NCBI GenBank assembly: GCA_017415455.1
Contig: JAFQGS010000118.1
Coordinates: forward strand, 9,739 to 73,738
Length of the DNA: 64,000 nt
Direction of reading: 5' to 3'
Origin: Prevotella sp.
GTDB taxonomy: Bacteria; Bacteroidota; Bacteroidia; Bacteroidales; Bacteroidaceae
Of the stretch, positions 18,702-27,521 are shown piece by piece. Position 1 is the stretch's first letter. Every line of letters begins with the position of its first letter. The position numbers and the translations under genes were made by a program. The notes under the pieces are model-generated. The model was not told where the DNA came from. It saw nothing but the letters and a program-made list of their open reading frames with translations, and ran no database searches.

Positions 18702-20891
18702 ATGTCACATCTAAGATTCAGAGTCGTAGAAGAAGCGTTCAAGAAAAGACCCGTAGAGGTTGCCACTCCGGCTGAACGCCCGACACAGTTTTTCGGCAAA
18801 TATGTCTTCAACAGGGCCAAGATGTACAAGTATCTGCCCGCAAATGTCTATGACAAGCTCATCGACGTCATTGACAACGGAGCCCAACTCGACCGCTCCA
18901 TAGCCGATGCCGTAGCCAAAGGCATGAGACAATGGGCTGAGGAAAACGGCGTGACACACTACACTCACTGGTTTCAGCCGCTCACCGAGGGCACTGCCGA
19001 GAAGCACGACGCATTCATAGAGCACGACGGAAAGGGTGGTATCATAGAGGAGCTGAGCGGCAAATTGCTCGTCCAGCAGGAGCCAGACGCCAGCTCATTC
19101 CCCAACGGAGGCATCCGAAACACATTCGAAGCGCGAGGATACTCGGCATGGGACCCTACATCACCGGTGTTCATCATCGATGACACTTTGTGTATTCCTA
19201 CAATCTTTATATCATACACCGGAGAGGCTCTCGACTACAAAGCGCCTCTGCTGCGCGCCCTCCACGACGTGGATGTGGCAGCAACCGAGGTGTGCAGACT
19301 CTTCTATCCCAACGTGAACAAGGTAAGAAGCAACCTCGGATGGGAGCAGGAATACTTCCTGGTGGACGAAGGTCTGTACTCAGCCCGTCCCGACCTGATG
19401 CTCACCGGACGCACACTCATGGGACACGACTCGGCAAAGAACCAGCAGATGGACGACCACTACTTCGGCACTATACCCGACCGTGTGCAGGCTTTCATGA
19501 AAGACCTCGAGATAAAAGCACTCGAACTGGCCATCCCTTGCAAGACACGTCACAACGAGGTGGCGCCCAATCAGTTTGAGATAGCACCTATATATGAGGA
19601 GACAAACCTTGCTGTTGACCACAACATGCTGCTCATGTCGCTCATGAAAAAGGTAGCGCGCAACCACGGTTTCAGGGTTCTTCTGCACGAGAAACCATTC
19701 GCAGGAGTAAACGGTTCGGGAAAACATAACAACTGGAGTCTCACCACCGACACCGGAGTTCTGCTGCACGCGCCGGGCAAGACACCTGAGGACAACCTGC
19801 GATTCATGACATTCATCGTCGAGACTCTTATGGCAGTACACCGTCACAACGGGCTGCTCAAGGCGTCAATAATGAGCGCAACCAACGCACATCGTCTCGG
19901 AGCAAACGAGGCTCCGCCTGCAATCATATCCTCATTCCTGGGCAAACAGCTCTCAGAACTGCTCGAACACATAGAGAAAAGCGACACAGACGACCTCTTT
20001 AACGTGGCCGGCAAGCAGGGAATGAAGATGGACATACCGCAGATTCCGGAACTGCTCATCGACAATACCGACCGCAACCGCACCTCACCTTTTGCCTTCA
20101 CAGGTAACAGGTTTGAGTTCCGTGCCGTGGGTTCAGAGGCCAACTGCGCCTCAGCGATGATTACTCTCAATGCGGCTGTTGCCGAAGCACTCACCAACTT
20201 CAAGCAACGTGTTGACCAGTTGATGGCAGAAGGCAAAGACAAAACAAGCGCAATAATAGACATTCTGAGAGAAGACATAAAGACATGCAAGCCTATCCAC
20301 TTCGACGGCAACGGCTATTCTGACGAGTGGAGACAAGAGGCTGAGAGGCGAGGACTGGACACTGAGACCAGCTGTCCACTCATTTTCGACCGCTATCTGT
20401 CACCAACCTCCATCAGCATGTTCAGCTCTACGGGTGTGATGACAGCCAAAGAGCTTGAGGCTCGAAATGAAGTTAAATGGGAGACATACACCAAGAAGAT
20501 TCAGATTGAGGCCCGGGTGATGGGCGATTTGACAATGAACCACATCATTCCGGTGGCAACCCACTATCAGAGCAGGCTCGCAAAGAACGTCATGAGCATG
20601 CGACAGATATTCCATAAGGACAAAGCCGACACCCTGACAGCACGCAACATAGGCATCATTGAGGAGATAGCCGAGCGCATACAGGCCATTGAGACGGGTG
20701 TGGAAGAGCTCATAAATGCACGCAAGGTGGCAAATATCATCGAGAGCGAGCGCGAGAAAGCCATCGCATATCATAACACAGTGGCTCCTAAGATAGAAGA
20801 CATCAGATATCAGATAGACAAACTTGAGCTTATAATAGCAGATGAGTTGTGGACTCTTCCGAAGTATAGGGAGATGCTGTTTATAAGATAA
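18702..20891 (+). CDS. type III glutamine synthetase
   Basis: 729 aa, the GSIII size class. N-terminal FGKYVFNRAKMYKYLP and central GSGKHNNWS motif typical of Bacteroides-type GlnN/GSIII. Confidence 0.92.
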   Translation: MSHLRFRVVEEAFKKRPVEVATPAERPTQFFGKYVFNRAKMYKYLPANVYDKLIDVIDNGAQLDRSIADAVAKGMRQWAEENGVTHYTHWFQPLTEGTAEKHDAFIEHDGKGGIIEELSGKLLVQQEPDASSFPNGGIRNTFEARGYSAWDPTSPVFIIDDTLCIPTIFISYTGEALDYKAPLLRALHDVDVAATEVCRLFYPNVNKVRSNLGWEQEYFLVDEGLYSARPDLMLTGRTLMGHDSAKNQQMDDHYFGTIPDRVQAFMKDLEIKALELAIPCKTRHNEVAPNQFEIAPIYEETNLAVDHNMLLMSLMKKVARNHGFRVLLHEKPFAGVNGSGKHNNWSLTTDTGVLLHAPGKTPEDNLRFMTFIVETLMAVHRHNGLLKASIMSATNAHRLGANEAPPAIISSFLGKQLSELLEHIEKSDTDDLFNVAGKQGMKMDIPQIPELLIDNTDRNRTSPFAFTGNRFEFRAVGSEANCASAMITLNAAVAEALTNFKQRVDQLMAEGKDKTSAIIDILREDIKTCKPIHFDGNGYSDEWRQEAERRGLDTETSCPLIFDRYLSPTSISMFSSTGVMTAKELEARNEVKWETYTKKIQIEARVMGDLTMNHIIPVATHYQSRLAKNVMSMRQIFHKDKADTLTARNIGIIEEIAERIQAIETGVEELINARKVANIIESEREKAIAYHNTVAPKIEDIRYQIDKLELIIADELWTLPKYREMLFIR

Positions 20892-20929
20892 CAAATGGTG
20901 TTTAGCTGTTAAACGCAGCCCCGACAGTT

Positions 20930-20980
20930 AAAGCCGGCAGCCTGAGGAATATCTTTTCCCAAGCTGCCGGCTTTGATATT
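20930..20980 (+). terminator. possible terminator after glutamine synthetase gene
   Basis: AAAGCCGGCAGC ... GCTGCCGGCTTT 12-bp stem with a 21-nt loop and a weak T tract. Confidence 0.4.
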
Positions 20981-21153
20981 AAGGTACGAGGAAGCACCAA
21001 CCGCATCCCGCTACTTTATTCTTACCACATCGCCAGACGCCCCGTCTTACTGCGTTTAATGTGCAGGCATCTTCCGAGGGGCTGACGTTCTCTGGGCAAT
21101 TAATAGCAAGACATTATACTATATACCTGCTGTCACCCTTCACATTATATATT

Positions 21154-21270
21154 TATTGAGCGTAACCTATATGTTTTTATAACGTAACCTATATACTTAT
21201 TGAACGTAACTTATATACTTATTGAGCACAACCTATATGTTTACAGAGCGTAACTTATATGTTTATAAGA
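21154..21270. repeat. 22-bp tandem repeat, 5 units (AT-rich, ...CGTAACCTATATRYTTATTGA...)
   Basis: CGTAAC/CACAAC anchors at 21161, 21183, 21205, 21227 and 21249, all exactly 22 bp apart. Confidence 0.88.
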
Positions 21271-21278
21271 CATGCCCC

Positions 21279-23225
21279 TTACCTGCTCAGTCTGTAAACG
21301 GCGAATGTTCTTGCCTTTAACAGCAGTTTCATGCTGTTGCCTTTCAGGTCAGTCTCATCACATACAGGCACCACCGCCCTCTTGTCCGACATGCTGTTGG
21401 AAGCCTTGTCGTCAGCATGCAGGGATGTTACAACCGCCTTCCGCAATCCCTTTGCGCCCCGGATGTCCACTGTCACATCCTTGTCCTCATACGATGCGTT
21501 CACCATCTTTATCACATATTCATTGCTTCCTGCATCATATACGGCAGAGGCATAAAGCCCGTTTGTGCCTGTCACGCCTGCCTTGTTCTCTGTTATAGGC
21601 AGCACATGAGTACCTTTGTTTGTTGAGTACATCATCTGTACATACCAGTTTGCAGACCTGACGCTACTCAGATTGTCAAACCAAATGAGGTCGGGTCGCC
21701 ACTGCCAGCCGTCCACATGCGCAAAGAGCGGGGCGTATGATGCCATCAGCACGATGTCGGCATTACGCTCAATACCCGTCATGAAGGCTGCCTCGCTGAG
21801 CGCTGCGGCGAAGTTATTGCGCTCAACATCTGGCTGATTGTCCTTTATTGACTTATCATGTGCGGCGTACTCACCGGCGAACACCTTCGGTCCGGTGCGC
21901 GGGTAAGCGTCGTAACGTGCCGCATTGTCGAGGAACCATTGTGGAGGCATATAGTAATGTTCGTCCACAAGGTCCACGTCAAGCTGTCTCATGGCAGCCC
22001 ATCCGTCATCAAACCTGTCGCCAGAGGCCTTCGGTCCCGACGAGCCTATTATCTTTATGTCAGGACAATGCTTGCGCAATGCCTTGATAAACATCTTCAG
22101 ACGCTCCGGATAGAGCGGTCCCCACTGCTCGTTTCCGATACCTATATACTTGAGGTTGAACGGTTCCGGATGCCCCATCTTTGCCCTTACGGCTCCCCAT
22201 CTGGTGTCTGTGGCACCGTTGGCGAACTCCACAAGGTCTATGGCATCTTGTATATAAGGGTCCATCTCGTCAAGAGCCACATGCACTTCGTCACCCTTAT
22301 TCTGATACTGGCACACCATTCCGCAACTCAATATGGGCAGAGGCTCAGCCCCTATCTTCTCCGAAAGGAGGAAATACTCATAGAAACCGAGTCCCAATGA
22401 CTGGAAATACTGTGGGAAGGCACGGCCTTTCGACGTGTAGTTCCACCTGTTCTCGTTAAGCGGACGGTTCTCCGCCGGTCCCACGGTGTTCTTCCATTGA
22501 TATCTGGTTGCTGTGTCGGCGCCCTCCACAATGCACCCGCCCGGGAAGCGGAAGACGCCCGGCTTCAGGTCCTCCAGGTCCTTCACCAGGTCTGTTCTCA
22601 GCCCGTTCCAGTTGTCAACAGGCATCAGCGACACGTGGTCCACATCTATCTTGTCTCTCGTTTCGAGCACTATCCTCAGCTTGGCGTTGGCATCTGTCAG
22701 CGGCGACGACATCGTGACAGAGTATTGTCTCCATCCTTTTCCAGCCAGGCTTATTGTCTCCTGGGCTACGATGACGTTCCTTCCGCTCACCATCTGTGCC
22801 CTTATCCTGCCCTTGGCGTTGTCGGAATGCTGCCGCACATATAATGACAGGCAGTACTCTGCGCCCTCTTTCACGCCCATACCGAAGTATCCCTGGTTCT
22901 CCATTCCTGTCCACCGGTCGGGATGTCCGGCATAAGCCATCGTCACATAATGCGGATTTCGGCTGAACGCCGGGCAGCTGTCAGCCACCGCCACATTGCC
23001 GAAGGTCTTCCAGCCCATCATGCTTTGCGGATACTCAAAGGACCTGTTCTGCACCATCTCGGCATAAAGTCCGCCGTCGGCACCGAAGTTTATGTCCTCA
23101 AAAAACACTCCATACATTGTTGGTTGTATCTCCGCTCCCTTCCTGGAAGCGTCAAGTGTCAGCCTGTGTTGCGCCTGGGCAAACGTCAGGACCAGACAAG
23201 ATACCATAAGAAGAATCTTTCTCAT
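21279..23225 (-). CDS. alpha-L-arabinofuranosidase (GH51-like)
   Basis: Signal peptide MRKILLMVSCLVLTFAQAQ and a GIGNEQWG catalytic-acid motif within a (beta/alpha)8 region. The size of about 650 aa fits GH51. Confidence 0.85.
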   Translation of the reverse strand: MRKILLMVSCLVLTFAQAQHRLTLDASRKGAEIQPTMYGVFFEDINFGADGGLYAEMVQNRSFEYPQSMMGWKTFGNVAVADSCPAFSRNPHYVTMAYAGHPDRWTGMENQGYFGMGVKEGAEYCLSLYVRQHSDNAKGRIRAQMVSGRNVIVAQETISLAGKGWRQYSVTMSSPLTDANAKLRIVLETRDKIDVDHVSLMPVDNWNGLRTDLVKDLEDLKPGVFRFPGGCIVEGADTATRYQWKNTVGPAENRPLNENRWNYTSKGRAFPQYFQSLGLGFYEYFLLSEKIGAEPLPILSCGMVCQYQNKGDEVHVALDEMDPYIQDAIDLVEFANGATDTRWGAVRAKMGHPEPFNLKYIGIGNEQWGPLYPERLKMFIKALRKHCPDIKIIGSSGPKASGDRFDDGWAAMRQLDVDLVDEHYYMPPQWFLDNAARYDAYPRTGPKVFAGEYAAHDKSIKDNQPDVERNNFAAALSEAAFMTGIERNADIVLMASYAPLFAHVDGWQWRPDLIWFDNLSSVRSANWYVQMMYSTNKGTHVLPITENKAGVTGTNGLYASAVYDAGSNEYVIKMVNASYEDKDVTVDIRGAKGLRKAVVTSLHADDKASNSMSDKRAVVPVCDETDLKGNSMKLLLKARTFAVYRLSR

Positions 23226-23234
23226 ATCTTCCGG

Positions 23235-23242
23235 CAAAGATA
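23235..23242 (-). promoter_or_regulatory. -7 promoter box (TATCTTTG), GH51 gene
   Basis: TAnnTTTG only 10 nt upstream of the ATG at 23225. This implies a very short leader or use of the next Met. Confidence 0.3.
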
Positions 23243-23297
23243 AGACAAATTGCGGCTTATTCCAAACCACATCACGCCAAAATAACAGTTACGGTGC

Positions 23298-23389
23298 GAA
23301 AGGGCATCAAACGGAGGCTGAGAGGGCATTGAATGGAAGACAAAAGGGCATTGAACGGAGGCTGAAAGGGCATTGAACGGAAGATATTT
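23298..23389. repeat. 22-bp tandem repeat, 4 units (AGGGCAT[CT][AG]AA[CT]GGA[GA]G...)
   Basis: GGGCAT at 23302, 23324, 23346 and 23368. Lies between the divergent GH51 and GH43 genes. Confidence 0.88.
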
Positions 23390-23570
23390 TATAACATCTT
23401 GATGTTCAAATAGTTACAAGCACCAAAGACAACAACCGCACTCTCCTGTTCAGGATACAGACTTTCTTGGCACAAGAGACTAAAGACAAGAAAGCGGCTT
23501 CTGGTTATGCTTTTGAAAGAAAATACACCTAATATCATAGTTTTTTCACCTTTTCCTGAACAATAAAGAA

Positions 23571-23578
23571 TATCTTTG
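23571..23578 (+). promoter_or_regulatory. -7 promoter box (TATCTTTG), GH43 gene
   Basis: TAnnTTTG-CA, 77 nt upstream of the ATG at 23655. Confidence 0.5.
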
Positions 23579-23654
23579 CATTGCAATGTGCAACAGGCAC
23601 ATGCCAAAGCGACATTCTCCGTAACGCAACAAACAATAAAAAAAGATATCTTAC

Positions 23655-25316
23655 ATGAGAAAACTACTCCTAACTCTCTGCCTCATGCTCACCGCAACGG
23701 GGCTGAGCGCAGCCGACGGGAAACCAAGTGCGGCGCAATTCGACTTCTTTGAGTACACCGGTAACGATGATTACTACAACAATAATCCGTTGCCCGACGA
23801 TCAGTCGTTCTACAACCCCATAGTGCCGGGATGGTTCTCCGACCCCAGCATATGCCGTGTCGGCGACGACTACTTCATGGTGATGTCCACATTCACATAC
23901 TTCCCGGGCGTGCCTTTGTTCCATAGCAAGGACCTCGTGAACTGGAAACAGATTGGCAACGTGCTCTCAAGAGAGAGCCAGTTGCTGCCGATGAAAGGAC
24001 AGAAGATAAACGACGGCGGCATATATGCTCCCGCCATATCATACAATCCGCACAACAAGACATTCTACATGGTGACAACCAACGTTGGCTCACACAACTT
24101 CTACGTTACCACAAAAGACCCGTTCGGCGAGTGGTCGGAGCCTGTACTGCTGCCAAACATTAAAGGAATAGACCCCTCTTTCTTCTTCGATGACGACGGA
24201 CAGGCCTACATCATACACAAGGAAGATGTGACAGGGAAACCCAAATGGTGCAATCACAGAGCCATAAGAATATCACGTTTCAACCCGGAGACAGGCGAGA
24301 CATTTGGCGAGGACATGCCATTCAGCGAGCTGGGAGTGGGTCCTGAGGAGCGACTCGACCGCGACGAGGGTCCGCATATATACAAAATCAACGGCTACTA
24401 TTATATTATGTGCGCCGAGGGAGGCACCAGCTGGGCACACTCGGCGGTAATATACAGAAGCGAGAACGTGCTCGGACCGTACACAAGATGGAGCCGAAAC
24501 CCAATGCTTACACAGCGACTCCTGAAGACAACGAGGAGCAATGCCGTGACATGCACAGGTCATGCCGACCTCATTGACACACCAGACGGAGAATGGTGGG
24601 CGGTGTTCCTGGGCTGCAGACCTATCAACGGAGAGTTCGAGAACTTAGGACGTGAGACGTTCATGATGCCTGTGAGATGGAGCAAGGACGGCTTCCCGTA
24701 CATGACCCAGAGCAAGGACACCATACCGATGATGCTCTCACGCAAGGGCGTGAAGCGCCAGGCGGAGACAACTTTCGGCAACTTCACATGGCGTGACGAC
24801 TTCAACGCGAAGAAACTGAGGCCTGAATGGCTGTCGCTGAGAGGTTCGGCGGAGCGCTACTACAAGCTGAACAAAGGCCTGAAGCTCACCTGCAGCGACG
24901 TGACAGCAAAGCAAATGGACACTCCTGCATACATAGGCAGACGCATGCAGCACCATAAGTTCACCGCTACAACAGCCCTCACATTCAGCGCTAAGGAAGG
25001 TGAGGCGGCGGGAATGCTGCTGATGAAGAACGAGGGAAGGCATTACTTCATGGCTGTAAGACAGCATGACATAGCCTTGCTGAAGGCCAACAAAGGCAAG
25101 GACGAGGTGCTGGCAAGCCACGAGATGAGCACAGCCGGAAAGAAAATATACCTGAAGGCGGTGTCTTCGGGCATCACTTACGACTTCCTTTACAGCACCG
25201 ACGGCTCCAACTGGCACACACTGGCAAAGGACATCGACGCCTCATACCTCTCAAGCCGGCGCGGAGGAGGATTCACCGGCTCAACAATTGGAATGTACGC
25301 GGTGAAAGAAAAATAG
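23655..25316 (+). CDS. glycoside hydrolase family 43 protein (beta-xylosidase/arabinofuranosidase type) with C-terminal beta-sandwich
   Basis: Signal peptide, then GWFSDPSICRVGDDYFMV (the GH43 catalytic Asp region), and a C-terminal lectin-like domain. Confidence 0.85.
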   Translation: MRKLLLTLCLMLTATGLSAADGKPSAAQFDFFEYTGNDDYYNNNPLPDDQSFYNPIVPGWFSDPSICRVGDDYFMVMSTFTYFPGVPLFHSKDLVNWKQIGNVLSRESQLLPMKGQKINDGGIYAPAISYNPHNKTFYMVTTNVGSHNFYVTTKDPFGEWSEPVLLPNIKGIDPSFFFDDDGQAYIIHKEDVTGKPKWCNHRAIRISRFNPETGETFGEDMPFSELGVGPEERLDRDEGPHIYKINGYYYIMCAEGGTSWAHSAVIYRSENVLGPYTRWSRNPMLTQRLLKTTRSNAVTCTGHADLIDTPDGEWWAVFLGCRPINGEFENLGRETFMMPVRWSKDGFPYMTQSKDTIPMMLSRKGVKRQAETTFGNFTWRDDFNAKKLRPEWLSLRGSAERYYKLNKGLKLTCSDVTAKQMDTPAYIGRRMQHHKFTATTALTFSAKEGEAAGMLLMKNEGRHYFMAVRQHDIALLKANKGKDEVLASHEMSTAGKKIYLKAVSSGITYDFLYSTDGSNWHTLAKDIDASYLSSRRGGGFTGSTIGMYAVKEK

Positions 25317-25348
25317 GCGTTTTGTTTCATCCTGACACCTTTTTGTGC

Positions 25349-25356
25349 TATCTTTG
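25349..25356 (+). promoter_or_regulatory. -7 promoter box (TATCTTTG), LOG-patatin-hydrolase cluster
   Basis: TAnnTTTG-CA, 31 nt upstream of the ATG at 25387. Confidence 0.55.
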
Positions 25357-25386
25357 CACCTATAGAGGTATAAAAACACAAACAGG

Positions 25387-26580
25387 ATGAATAGCTCACA
25401 CACCGCACACAAGGACAATCACGACGGCAGCAGACATGCACCCATAGCCATAAAGACACCACCCTCGGCATCACACGGGTTCTACAGGGAGGTGGGTTCG
25501 GCAGAGGAACTGCTGTTGCTGATGTCAGAACAGAAAGAGATAAGCCGCTGCGCATTCCGCAGCATAGACTTCAACAGCGTGAAAGAGACATTCAAGGAGT
25601 GTGTCTTTCACGACTGTATGTTTATGGGGTGTACATTCTTTGAGGGCATGAAGGACAACATTGACGGCTCAAACCTTGTGTTCTCACACATCGACGTGCC
25701 GTACAACACATTCAGGAACGACCTCTACACAGCCTCAACTCTATATGAGGGATACCGCAAGGGAGAACCAGAGAGTTACCAGGAGTGCTACGACGGCAGG
25801 GTGTACAGGCACTATCTCGGCAAAGGCAAGACAACAACCGACATGAAGGAGACGCTGGCACGAACTTTGCATGATCATGCTATAAGTGACGCCTTGCATG
25901 ACTTGCTGGCGCAATATGACGAGAGACACATCGTGGGTATTATGGGAGGGCACGGCATTCTGCGCACTTCCGAAGACTTCCTGAAGGTGACACGCATAGC
26001 AAAAAGGCTCACCGAGGAAGGCAGACTGATGGTAAGCGGAGGCGGTCCGGGCGCCATGGAGGCCACACATCTTGGCGCATGGATGGCGGGAAGGACTGAC
26101 AATGAGGTGAGCGAGGCCATGAATATACTTGCGGCAGCGCCCTCTTTCAAAGACGAGAGATGGCTGGACACAGCGTTTGAGGTCATCGACAGATTCCCAC
26201 AGAGCACCTTTCAGAGCATAGGAGTGCCCACATGGCTCTATGGTCATGAGCCGGCAACACCCTTTGCGACGCACATTGCAAAGTATTTTGATAACGCACT
26301 GCGTGAGGATGGCATACTGACAATAGCCAAAGGAGGCATCATCTACTCGCCGGGAAGCGCCGGAACAATGCAGGAGATATTCCAAGATGCCACGCAGAAC
26401 CATTATCTTAGCTTCGGATATGCAAGTCCAATGGCTTTCCTCGGACGGCGATACTGGACGGAGGAGATGCCTGTATATCCTATGTTATGCCAGATGATGG
26501 AGGAAGGAAGATACAAGAACCTTATGCTTTCGATAAGCGACAGCGTTGAGGACACATGCAAGGCGCTTACCGATATATAA
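25387..26580 (+). CDS. LOG family protein (nucleotide 5'-monophosphate nucleosidase-like) with N-terminal pentapeptide-repeat-like region
   Basis: SGGGPGAMEA and SPGSAGTMQEIF (PGxxGTxxE) LOG motifs. The N-terminal CAFRSIDFNSV..FKECVFHDCMFMGCTFF segment resembles pentapeptide repeats. Confidence 0.78.
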   Translation: MNSSHTAHKDNHDGSRHAPIAIKTPPSASHGFYREVGSAEELLLLMSEQKEISRCAFRSIDFNSVKETFKECVFHDCMFMGCTFFEGMKDNIDGSNLVFSHIDVPYNTFRNDLYTASTLYEGYRKGEPESYQECYDGRVYRHYLGKGKTTTDMKETLARTLHDHAISDALHDLLAQYDERHIVGIMGGHGILRTSEDFLKVTRIAKRLTEEGRLMVSGGGPGAMEATHLGAWMAGRTDNEVSEAMNILAAAPSFKDERWLDTAFEVIDRFPQSTFQSIGVPTWLYGHEPATPFATHIAKYFDNALREDGILTIAKGGIIYSPGSAGTMQEIFQDATQNHYLSFGYASPMAFLGRRYWTEEMPVYPMLCQMMEEGRYKNLMLSISDSVEDTCKALTDI

Positions 26581-26622
26581 ACATATTCTATACAGACAAC
26601 AAACAAAAACCATATAGATGAT

Positions 26623-27477
26623 ATGAAAAGAGGATTGGTTTTAGAAGGAGGTGCCATGAGAGTGTTGTTCTCTGCCGGTGTCATGGATGTGATGATGGAG
26701 AACGGAATAACATTCGACGGCATCATAGGAGTGTCTGCAGGCGCCGCCTTCGGATGCAACTACAAGTCGCATCAGGCAGGACGCGCACTGAGATATAACG
26801 TCAGGTTCGCACACGACTGGCGTTTCTGCAGCATGCGCTCATGGCTGACGACAGGCGACTTGTGCGGCGCTGAGTTCGCATACAGGGTCCTTCCCAAGCA
26901 TCTTGACATATTCGACGAGGAGGCTTTTGAGGCTGACGGCACATCGTTTTATGTCGTTGCCACCGACATAGAGACAGGAGAGCCGGTGTATAAGATGCTG
27001 GATAAGTGCGACTTCGACTTCTATGAATGGATCAGAGCATCTGCTTCCATGCCGCTGGTGTCGCACGTTGTGGAGGTGGAAGGCAGGAAAATGCTTGACG
27101 GAGGGATAACAGACAGCGTGCCGCTGAAGTACTTTGAGAGCATAGGTTATGAGCGGAACATTGTTGTTCTGACACAACATGAGGGATACAAGAAGAAGGA
27201 AAGCCGGCTGGGAAGGCTGCTGAGACTGACCATGAGGAGATATCCCAAACTGGCAGAGGCGATGGACCGCAGACATATAATGTACAACTCCCAGCGTGAG
27301 TATATAGCGGAGAGCGAGAGAAAGGGCAACTGTCTGGTGATACGTCCAGACCAACCGCTGCCAATCGGTCGCATATCTCACGACCCGGAGATGATGAAGA
27401 CGGTGTACGACATGGGCAGGAGGAAGGCAGAGAGCATGCTGGACGAGATTAGAGAGTTCTGCAATCGCAACGCATAA
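26623..27477 (+). CDS. patatin-like phospholipase family protein
   Basis: Oxyanion EGGAMR, nucleophile GVSAG (GxSxG) and catalytic LDGG (Asp dyad partner). Confidence 0.9.
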   Translation: MKRGLVLEGGAMRVLFSAGVMDVMMENGITFDGIIGVSAGAAFGCNYKSHQAGRALRYNVRFAHDWRFCSMRSWLTTGDLCGAEFAYRVLPKHLDIFDEEAFEADGTSFYVVATDIETGEPVYKMLDKCDFDFYEWIRASASMPLVSHVVEVEGRKMLDGGITDSVPLKYFESIGYERNIVVLTQHEGYKKKESRLGRLLRLTMRRYPKLAEAMDRRHIMYNSQREYIAESERKGNCLVIRPDQPLPIGRISHDPEMMKTVYDMGRRKAESMLDEIREFCNRNA

Positions 27478-27521
27478 GGACAGTGATGACACACTGAGAA
27501 ATAACACATCATACTGAAAGA

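Noticed and set aside
23389-23607. 72-aa minus-strand ORF in the GH51/GH43 divergent region.
   Set aside because: It has no start context or motifs. It overlaps the GH43 promoter region and abuts the repeat array. It is probably non-coding.
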